A stretch of 64,000 nt of DNA from the NCBI GenBank assembly GCA_965215505.1, contig OZ244065.1:2720001-2784000 (forward strand), given 5' to 3'. This DNA is from Capsulimonadaceae bacterium. GTDB taxonomy: Bacteria > Armatimonadota > Armatimonadia > Armatimonadales > Capsulimonadaceae. A program made the position numbers and the translations under genes. Below the pieces are notes generated by a model. It was not told the origin of the DNA and did not search any database. It saw only the letters and a list, made by a program, of their open reading frames with translations. Below, in pieces: positions 27,810-35,282 of this stretch; the stretch's first letter is position 1; each line of letters starts with the position of its first letter.

Positions 27810-28909
27810 AGCGCCTCCTGCTGTCCGGCTATTACGGCTACGGCAATGCCGGGGACGAGGCCGTCCTCGCCGGGCTGGTCGCGGGCTTCCGGGCCACCGG
27901 AGCGGAACTGGAGATCGTCGCCCTGTCGGGCAGCCCCGCCGAAACCGAGGCCGCGCACGGCATCGCCGCCGCCGACCGCTACCAGCCCGGCGCGCTGCTG
28001 CGCGAGACCCGCCGGGCCGACCTGTTCCTGTCGGGCGGCGGAAGCCTGCTGCAAGACGTGACCTCGGCCCACGGCATCTTCTACTATTTGGGCGTCGTCC
28101 GGATGGCGCAGGTGCTAGGCAAGAGGACCATGTTCATCGCCCAGGGCATCGGCCCCCTGAAACGGGCGCGCTCGCGCCGCCTGGTCCGGTCCGTCGCCAA
28201 CCGCCTGAACGCCGTGACCGTCCGCGATGCAGGCTCGGCGGCTCTGCTGGCCGAGATCGGCGTCACCCGCCCGCCCATAGAGGTGACCGCCGACCCCGCC
28301 CTGCTGCTGACGGCTCCCGCCGTCTCGTCCGACTCCCCGCTCCCGCTCGCGGGGGAGGGGCGGGGGGTGGGGGTTCCTTCCTTCGGCGTCGCCCTGCGCC
28401 CGTGGCAGGGGCAGGAAGGCCTCGCCGCCCACGTCGCCGACGCCTGCGCCTCCGTCCTCAGCGGGCGGCGCGCGCTGCTGCTGCCGATGCAGCCCTCAAG
28501 CGACAAGCCGGTCGCGGAACAATTCGCCCGCCAGTGGCATCAGAGGGACCAGGAGCGGAACCGCGCGACGCTCTGCTCGCTGGAAAAGGGGCTGACGCCG
28601 CTGCTGGCGAACATCGCCGCCTGCGACCTGATGATCGGGATGCGCCTGCACGCTTTGATCCTCGCCGCCGCCGCCGGGGTGCCGTCGGTCGCGCTCTCGT
28701 ATGACCCCAAAGTGGACGCCTTCATGCAGGCCAGCGGCCAGGGCGAGGCCGTGTACGACCTGGCCCATTCCGACCCTGACGTGCTGCAATCCTTGCTGAC
28801 GCGCGCCTGGGCCGACCGGGCGGGCCGCGCCGCCGCCCTCCGGGCGGCCCTGCCGCCCCTGCGCGCATTGGCCGCGCGCAACGTGGACGTGGCCTTAGAA
28901 CTGTTGTAA
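27806..28909 (+). CDS. csaB: polysaccharide pyruvyl transferase CsaB
   Basis: SGYYGYGNAGDEA, SGGGSLLQDVTS, AQGIGP, GMRLH and SYDPKV motifs. Confidence 0.95.
   Translation: MKRLLLSGYYGYGNAGDEAVLAGLVAGFRATGAELEIVALSGSPAETEAAHGIAAADRYQPGALLRETRRADLFLSGGGSLLQDVTSAHGIFYYLGVVRMAQVLGKRTMFIAQGIGPLKRARSRRLVRSVANRLNAVTVRDAGSAALLAEIGVTRPPIEVTADPALLLTAPAVSSDSPLPLAGEGRGVGVPSFGVALRPWQGQEGLAAHVADACASVLSGRRALLLPMQPSSDKPVAEQFARQWHQRDQERNRATLCSLEKGLTPLLANIAACDLMIGMRLHALILAAAAGVPSVALSYDPKVDAFMQASGQGEAVYDLAHSDPDVLQSLLTRAWADRAGRAAALRAALPPLRALAARNVDVALELL
28333..28373 (+). repeat. palindromic repeat lying in frame inside csaB
   Basis: CTCCCCGCTCCCGCTCGCGGGGGAGGGGCGGGGGGTGGGG encodes SPLPLAGEGRGVG; resembles intergenic repeats at 46228-46410. 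Confidence 0.65.
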
Positions 28910-28936
28910 CATCCGCGGTCGAGGGGCCGCTCCCGC

Positions 28937-28961
28937 GTAGGGGCGCGATGCATCGCGCCCT
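28937..28961 (+). repeat. GTAG-class REP
   Basis: GTAGGGGCGCGATGCATCGCGCCCT. Confidence 0.85.
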
Positions 28962-29027
28962 CTCCCCTACGCCTTTCGTTCTTACGCCTCTTCCGTTCTT
29001 ACGCCTCTTCGCAGAAAGGGATCTTCC

Positions 29028-30617
29028 ATGTCTCGCTCCTCTCTCACGCCCCTGCTCCTCGCCTCCGGCGCACTGGGCGCTGTCCTGCTCGCCGGCTGCG
29101 GCGGTGGGGGCGGCAACGGCAACAACTCCGGCGGCAACAATGACACCGGCGGCACCGGCACTAACACCAGCGGCACCAATAACGGCACCATCCTCCCCGT
29201 CCTGAACGCAGACGTGATCGGCAAGGTCACGGACACGCAGGGCAACGGCGTTCCGGGCGTCTCCCTCATCCCCGACAGCGGCGGGACCGCCGCCGTCTCG
29301 CTCGGCCAGGGCAGCTACCGGCTCAACGGCCTGACGGGCAACGTCGTCCACCGGATCACCGCCTCGGTCCAGAGCGGCGGCACCCAGTACACCGGCAGCA
29401 CCGAAGTCCTGACCCAGAGCAACCTCCTGGTCTCCAACGCCAACATCCTGCTGTCCCCCACCGGACGCCAGGCCACCGTCAGCGGGACGGTGCAGAACGC
29501 CAGCGGCGTCCCCATCGCCAATGTCCGCGTCTTCCTCGCCCTGCCCAACGGCAGCGCGACCCAGGCCGGCAACTACTCGTCCCTGATCGCCTTCACCGAC
29601 GCCAACGGCGTCTACACCATCCCCAACATCCCCTCCGACGCGCCCTCCGGCGGGGCCGTGACCATCACCGCCTCGACGCCCGGCGCGTCGAACCAGACTT
29701 TCACACTGGCCACTCTCCAGCCGAGCGGCTCCTACAGCCAGAACTTCACCCTGAACGCCTCGACCCAGGCGGCCGTCGGTGCCCCGACCATCGCCTTCGT
29801 CACCACCGCCACCGAGCCGGTCGATTCGCAGAGCGGGCGGGCCATCCAGGCACACCTTGCGGGAGGCCCCGCCGCCATCTATGACCAGATCCGCCGCCGC
29901 CTTTCGCCCGCTTACGCCCGCGCAGCGGCCCGCCACGCGGTCAGCGGCAAGCGCCTGACCGCCCGCCTCGCCGCCCACGTCACCGGCGACTACGCCGTCG
30001 AGACGGACATCGCCTTCGACAACCCGGCCCAGGCCGGCAGCGTCGTCGGCAACACCATCTACCGGACGGCGGGGACGGCCGCGAGCGTCCTGCCCACCGA
30101 GAGTGCGAGCGACGCCTACGACTTCCTCCAGGACCCCCTGGCGAACTACTACACGGACCTCACCTTCTCGACCAACACCAGCACCACGGTGACGGGCACC
30201 CAGTATAACTTCGCCCTCAGCGCCACCAACACCGACAGCGCCGAGTCCGGCCTGTCCGCGACCTACTCCATCACCCCGCTCGGCCAGCTCACGCTGAACG
30301 CGCCGATCACCGGCCAGGTCTACGTCGGCACCGCGACCATCACCTGGACCCCCGCCACGGGCGCGGCCCGCTACTATGTGGACATCTACGACCAGTACCC
30401 GACCATCGGCCTCAACCCGCTCCTCAGCTCCGCCGCCCTCCCAGCCGGGACCGCCTCCTACACCGTCCCCGCCCTGAAAGGCGGCCAGGACTACTACGTC
30501 GTCGTCTCCGGCGTCGCCGACCCGGTCGAGACCTTGCTGCCCACCGCCACCGCCACCGCCGCCGTCGTCGGCGGGGCACAGACCTACAGCCAGATCACCC
30601 GCTTCCACATCCAGTAG
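29028..30617 (+). CDS. lipoprotein with carboxypeptidase-regulatory-like and FN3-like beta-sandwich domains
   Basis: lipobox LLAGC plus Gly/Asn linker; GKVTD..G.GVPGV and TD.NG.YTI motifs. Confidence 0.85.
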   Translation: MSRSSLTPLLLASGALGAVLLAGCGGGGGNGNNSGGNNDTGGTGTNTSGTNNGTILPVLNADVIGKVTDTQGNGVPGVSLIPDSGGTAAVSLGQGSYRLNGLTGNVVHRITASVQSGGTQYTGSTEVLTQSNLLVSNANILLSPTGRQATVSGTVQNASGVPIANVRVFLALPNGSATQAGNYSSLIAFTDANGVYTIPNIPSDAPSGGAVTITASTPGASNQTFTLATLQPSGSYSQNFTLNASTQAAVGAPTIAFVTTATEPVDSQSGRAIQAHLAGGPAAIYDQIRRRLSPAYARAAARHAVSGKRLTARLAAHVTGDYAVETDIAFDNPAQAGSVVGNTIYRTAGTAASVLPTESASDAYDFLQDPLANYYTDLTFSTNTSTTVTGTQYNFALSATNTDSAESGLSATYSITPLGQLTLNAPITGQVYVGTATITWTPATGAARYYVDIYDQYPTIGLNPLLSSAALPAGTASYTVPALKGGQDYYVVVSGVADPVETLLPTATATAAVVGGAQTYSQITRFHIQ

Positions 30618-30656
30618 GGCTTTTCCCGCCCGCTGTGCGATGGCAGACGACAAAGA

Positions 30657-30700
30657 CAACGGCCCCCGCCCCTCATTAGGAGGCGGGGGCCGTTGCGTTT
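30657..30700 (+). terminator. probable intrinsic terminator
   Basis: 14-bp stem CAACGGCCCCCGCC/GGCGGGGGCCGTTG with a weak U tract. Confidence 0.55.
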
Positions 30701-30796
30701 GCCAGCGCCCTTGACAGGACCGCCTACGCACCGTAAAATGGATGCACAGGCGGCAGGACAGACGGGACGGATCGGGTAATTAAAGGGACGGTGACA

Positions 30797-31867
30797 ATGC
30801 CATACACACAAAATGGTCTCGCTCAGGGCGCTCGTGTCGGGACACGGCGGCGCTCAACGCTCACGCGCCTGGCGGCCCTGCTGACACTGACTCTTGCCTT
30901 TTGTGGACTCGCCTCCGCCCATGCGGACCCGGCCGCGCCTCTGTCGCCGACACTCATCTCTTGTTCCCGTACACGGGCCGGCCAACTGCTCGTCCCCATC
31001 AGGCTGACCGGCGCGAAGGGAGAAAAGGTCGAGGCCAGCTTCATCCTAGACACCGGCGTGAATGTCTGCTCTATCACCGATACCATGGCGACGCGCCTGG
31101 GGCTGAAGTCCGAGGCCGCTGTTGGCGACGATGGAAGGCCCCAAGTGCTGAATGGAACTGCCGCCAAACTTGCCCAGGTGCCACTGCTGCAACTCGGTCG
31201 GTTCCCCTGCGGTCCCGTGCCCTGCATTATCGTTGGTGCGAAGGATCTTTCCGGTGCCGCCGGGCAGGAAATTGACGGCATCCTCGGTAACAATCTCCTA
31301 GTTGCTCTGCCGGCTCTCATCAATCTCCAGGAAAGAGAGGTCACATTCATCGCGCCAGGTCCGGTGACTGCCGACACGCTGCGATCTGTCGGCATGGCAG
31401 ACGCGACCGCGATCCCGCTGGATGATCCAGACAAAAACGATAGCTATGTCTGCAAAGTGCGGATCGAGAGCGGCGGGAGATCACTCCAGAAAGACTTAGG
31501 ACTCGACATCGGTGATGCAACGACCATGATTAACGGCTCGGATGCGCGTGCGCTTGGTCTCTCCGCCCAAGGTGCCCCTACCTCGGAAGCCACGACCTTC
31601 GCCGGCCCGCTTAAACTGTACGAGGGGAACATTACGGCGATCACTCTTGAAGGAGCAACAGCGGTCTCAGGGCAAGCGCAGGCAGGGAATGTAGTTGTTC
31701 AGAATGTTAGGGCGGACTACCCGAAAGATAATCTGCCAGACTTCCTGCCGCCCCATCTGGGCCAGGATGTACTCGCCCGCTACCTACTTCTGATTGATTA
31801 TGCTGAGAAGAAGATGTATCTCAAGCCTAACATGCCTCAGATCAAGATCAGGATCGGAGCGCCTTGA
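30797..31867 (+). CDS. secreted two-domain retropepsin-like aspartyl protease, copy 1
   Basis: signal peptide; FILDTG...IDGILG in domain 1; LDIG...LGQDVL in domain 2. Confidence 0.85.
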   Translation: MPYTQNGLAQGARVGTRRRSTLTRLAALLTLTLAFCGLASAHADPAAPLSPTLISCSRTRAGQLLVPIRLTGAKGEKVEASFILDTGVNVCSITDTMATRLGLKSEAAVGDDGRPQVLNGTAAKLAQVPLLQLGRFPCGPVPCIIVGAKDLSGAAGQEIDGILGNNLLVALPALINLQEREVTFIAPGPVTADTLRSVGMADATAIPLDDPDKNDSYVCKVRIESGGRSLQKDLGLDIGDATTMINGSDARALGLSAQGAPTSEATTFAGPLKLYEGNITAITLEGATAVSGQAQAGNVVVQNVRADYPKDNLPDFLPPHLGQDVLARYLLLIDYAEKKMYLKPNMPQIKIRIGAP

Positions 31868-31916
31868 CAAGAAGCCATGACGTTGCCCCAGCCACAGGGC
31901 GGACACGACGGCCTGA

Positions 31917-32153
31917 ATGCAATCCTACGGGAACGTGTTCATTAGGAAAGACAGGGAGATGCCGCTGTTCGACGGGCTTGGCTCCGGGCGGACGGTGACG
32001 AACAGCAGCCTGGGCATGGACAGCCTCTCGCGCTTCCGCGTGCTGCTGGACTTCCCCGCGAAGAAGATGTACTTGCAGCCGGTCACGCCTCTGACTGACC
32101 CGGCGGCACCCCCTCCCGTGCCAGGGCCGCAGCCTCCGACGCCCACGAAGTGA
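31917..32153 (+). pseudogene. C-terminal remnant of a third aspartyl-protease paralogue
   Basis: SLGMDSLSRFRVLLDFPAKKMYLQP matches the C-termini of both flanking paralogues. Confidence 0.7.
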
Positions 32154-32169
32154 ACTAGATAAGGTGACA

Positions 32170-33258
32170 ATGGCAGGCACAACAGACGGCATCATTCTGA
32201 GCATCTGGGGCGGAATACGCTGCCGCCCACCACTCGCGCTTTCGGCAGCACTCCCAGTTCTGGCAGCCATTCTCTCCTGCCCCGCCCACGCTGACCAATC
32301 TGCGCCGACACCGTCCGCTCTCATCCGCTGCACCCGTACACGGGCCGGCCAACTGCTCGTCCCCGTCAGGCTGACCGGCGCGAGGGGAGAAAAGGTGGAG
32401 GCCAGCTTCATCCTGGACACCGGCGTCAACACATGCAGCATCACCGACGCCATGGCGGACCGGCTGGGGCTGAAGCCCGAGGCCGCGGTCGGCAGTGATG
32501 GGCAGCCTCTCCTGCTTAACGGGACCGCCGCCCGGATCGCCCCCGTGCCGCTGCTGGAACTCGGCGCGATTCCCTGCGGCCCCGTGCCGTGCGTCATCTT
32601 CGGCGCGAGGGCCTTGGCCGGCCCCATCGGCCAGGCCGTTGACGGCATCCTCGGCAACAATCTTCTGGATGTGCTCCCGGCCCTGATCAACCTCCAGCGC
32701 AACGAGGTGACGTTCTTCCCGCCCGGCCCGATCACCGCCGACACACTGCGGTCGGTCGGCATGGCGGACGCGACCGCGATCCCGCTGGATGGGCACGATG
32801 GGAGCGACATATACACCTGCATGACGCGGATCGAGTGCGGCGGCAAGTCGCTCCAGAAAGACCTGGAACTCGACATCGGTGCCGCCGAGACGATGATCAA
32901 CGGCTCGGACGCCCGCGACTTGGGCCTATCCACTGGCGGCGACCCGGCATCGGAACTCATGATCATCACCGGCCCCTTCAAAGTGTACGAGGGAAAGGCC
33001 ACGGCGATCATCCTCGGAGCGGAACCCGCGACAGGGGGAGCCTTGACCTGGGCAGCGCCCATGATGACACGGGACGTGACGGTGGCCTACCCGAAAGATG
33101 ATCTGCCCGGCTTCCTGCCGCCTAGTCTGGGCCGGGACGTGCTGGGTCATTTCCTTCTGCTGTTGAATTACTCCGAGAAGAAGATGTACGCCAAGCCGCT
33201 GGCCCCAGACATGCCGGCCGTAGTGCCCAAGATCACGGACGTCGGCAAGCAGCCCTGA
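32170..33258 (+). CDS. secreted two-domain retropepsin-like aspartyl protease, copy 2
   Basis: colinear with copy 1; FILDTG and LDIG motifs. Confidence 0.87.
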   Translation: MAGTTDGIILSIWGGIRCRPPLALSAALPVLAAILSCPAHADQSAPTPSALIRCTRTRAGQLLVPVRLTGARGEKVEASFILDTGVNTCSITDAMADRLGLKPEAAVGSDGQPLLLNGTAARIAPVPLLELGAIPCGPVPCVIFGARALAGPIGQAVDGILGNNLLDVLPALINLQRNEVTFFPPGPITADTLRSVGMADATAIPLDGHDGSDIYTCMTRIECGGKSLQKDLELDIGAAETMINGSDARDLGLSTGGDPASELMIITGPFKVYEGKATAIILGAEPATGGALTWAAPMMTRDVTVAYPKDDLPGFLPPSLGRDVLGHFLLLLNYSEKKMYAKPLAPDMPAVVPKITDVGKQP

Positions 33259-33308
33259 TGGGACGATGGGCCAGGCGCGCAGACGAAAGAGGGCGCGGGT
33301 GGGGATAA

Positions 33309-33415
33309 GAGGGCGCGGCAAGCGGCGCCCCTACGATCCCCAACCAGTGCCGCCCAAAGCGCCGAAGGGGCGGCCCACCGGCGGAGCCGGGAATAGACCG
33401 GCCCTTCAGGGCCGG
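33309..33415. repeat. REP cluster (GTAG REP plus a second family also found at 56993)
   Basis: GAGGGCGCGGCAAGCGGCGCCCCTAC; CCGAAGGGGCGGCCCACCGGCGGAGCCGGGA...GACCGGCCCTTCAGGGCCGG. Confidence 0.85.
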
Positions 33416-33545
33416 GTTCACGCCGGGCGTCTCTCCATCCCTTGCCTTCCCCACTCCACCACTCCCGCCAACACAGCCCTAACGAAACTCCTGCGCGACG
33501 CCATAATCCTTCTCGGAGGCGGCATCGCGAAAGGAGCGAGTTCTT

Positions 33546-33863
33546 ATGACAGCTATGTCTGTCGCCCCAGGGGCGCTGTTGGCATCGAAGGTTTCCGTCC
33601 CGGCTTCGGCAGGGGTCAGCCCGGCGGGGAGCGAGGAATCGCAGCTCGTGAAGCTGACCAAGCGGGAGATCGAAGTGCTGACACACGTCATCCAGGGCAA
33701 GTCAAGCCGGGAAGTGGCCGAGACGCTGTTTGTCAGCAAGCGCACGGTGGACTTCCACCTCGCGAATGTCTACGACAAGCTCCACGTCAACAACCGCGTG
33801 CAGGCGTTCCGCCGCGCCACGCGGCTGGGCCTCATCCCCTATGAGGCGCAGTTCGCCGACTAG
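33546..33863 (+). CDS. stand-alone LuxR/GerE-type HTH regulator
   Basis: LTKREIEVL...LFVSKRTVDFHLANVYDKL; no sensor domain; AAGGAG RBS. Confidence 0.92.
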   Translation: MTAMSVAPGALLASKVSVPASAGVSPAGSEESQLVKLTKREIEVLTHVIQGKSSREVAETLFVSKRTVDFHLANVYDKLHVNNRVQAFRRATRLGLIPYEAQFAD

Positions 33864-33932
33864 CTCCGGCTGGTCGGAAGAAGCGCCGGCTGGGCGAATT
33901 AAACCCTCAGCAAGCCGCAGGCAACCCAAAAT

Positions 33933-33964
33933 GGGCGGGGGACGAAAGTCCCCCGCCCTTTTTT
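33933..33964 (+). terminator. intrinsic terminator
   Basis: GGGCGGGGGAC-GAAA-GTCCCCCGCCC-TTTTTT. Confidence 0.9.
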
Positions 33965-34042
33965 GCGCGCCACGCTCCGAAGTCCGCGCCCGCCGTCCGC
34001 CAGGAGGCGGCGGGCGTGCGATAGGTATGCTATAATAGGGGC

Positions 34043-35020
34043 ATGCCGTCACAACCCGCCGCGCTCCGATCTGCCCTCCGATCTGCCGCCCTCCCCGCCC
34101 TGCTCCTGCTGCTCCTGCCGCTCCTGGGCGGCTGCGGGTCGAAGGCCTTCAACGCCGCCAAGGTGCAGGACGCCTTGGTGGAGGCGTACCAGCGCGCGCC
34201 ACTGGGCACGGACGACAAGGAGGCCCGCAGGTTCGCGGACAGCGCCATCGCCCTGGCCCCGAACGACCCGGTGACGTATTTCGGGGATACCGGCAGCGTT
34301 CCCGCGCAGATCGGCGTGGCGGACGTGTTCGCGCCGGTCGGCGACGACCCGGCCCTGATTGACTACATGACGCAGGCCGTCAAGAAGTTCCCCGACGACT
34401 ACCGCGGCTACCAGCTCTTGGGGGAAGCCCAGGGGCGGCAGGGCCGGACGGCGGACCGGCGCGCGACGGCGGCGCGGGAGGTGGCCGTCCTCGCCAAGAA
34501 GATCGCGAAGCCCGGCGCGACCGACATCGAGAGCCTCAAGCTGCTCCAGGCGCAGGCGTACTTCGACGCGGGGGACGCGGCGACGGGCGCGGCCATTTAC
34601 CAGGCGGCGATCCAGGCCTACCCCAAGGACTCCGACGCGCCCAACGGCCTGGCCTACGCCTACGCGCTCACAAACACCCACCTGCCGGAAGCCCTGGCCC
34701 TGGCCCGGCAGGCGCTCGCCCTGGCGCAGAAGGGCACGCAGCCCGATGACGCAAAGGAGAGAAGCGTCGCCAATATCCAGGACACCCTGGCCTGGGTGCA
34801 GTACCGGCAGGGGGACTACAAGGACGCCGAACAGAACCTGCTGGACGCCGTCAGCTTCGACCCGCGCCGGCCCGAGATGCGTTTCCACCTGGGCAGCGTC
34901 TACGCCGCCGAAGGCAAGACCGACGCCGCCCGCGCCGAGCTGGGCCACGCCGTCCTGCTCACCCCCGGCTACGCCGAGGCCGAGGCCGCCCTGAAAGCGC
35001 TGGGTGCGCCGGGCAAGTGA
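34043..35020 (+). CDS. TPR-repeat lipoprotein
   Basis: lipobox LLGGC; NGLAY, DTLAWVQYRQG and FHLG TPR motifs; TGnTATAAT-N6-ATG. Confidence 0.88.
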   Translation: MPSQPAALRSALRSAALPALLLLLLPLLGGCGSKAFNAAKVQDALVEAYQRAPLGTDDKEARRFADSAIALAPNDPVTYFGDTGSVPAQIGVADVFAPVGDDPALIDYMTQAVKKFPDDYRGYQLLGEAQGRQGRTADRRATAAREVAVLAKKIAKPGATDIESLKLLQAQAYFDAGDAATGAAIYQAAIQAYPKDSDAPNGLAYAYALTNTHLPEALALARQALALAQKGTQPDDAKERSVANIQDTLAWVQYRQGDYKDAEQNLLDAVSFDPRRPEMRFHLGSVYAAEGKTDAARAELGHAVLLTPGYAEAEAALKALGAPGK

Positions 35021-35035
35021 CCCGCCGGGCAAGTG

Positions 35036-35194
35036 ACGAGTGATTGAAATCACTCGCTTCCGCCGGATTTGTCCAGGGGACAATCAGACCGGATCGGGCC
35101 GGATGACCTCCCGCCTCCCGTCTCTTTCCCCCTCTTCTGTTCCTCTTCTGTCCCCTGGACAGGTCCCGGCCAGCGAGTGATTTCAATCACTCGT
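35036..35194. mobile_element. REPIN/MITE-like element, copy 2 (inverted relative to 21795)
   Basis: 23-bp perfect TIR ACGAGTGATTGAAATCACTCGCT; inner TGTCCAGGGGACA hairpins. Confidence 0.8.
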
Positions 35195-35282
35195 CCTACT
35201 CTCGTCCATTCCGCCTCATGCTTTCTCGCGCCGCCCCGCCGGGGGCGGCACATTTGCCTGGAAAACCGCGTAGAACATAACC

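Noticed and set aside
33864-33932. Small RNA between the luxR stop and its terminator
   Set aside because: No recognisable family motif or independent promoter; likely a 3' UTR
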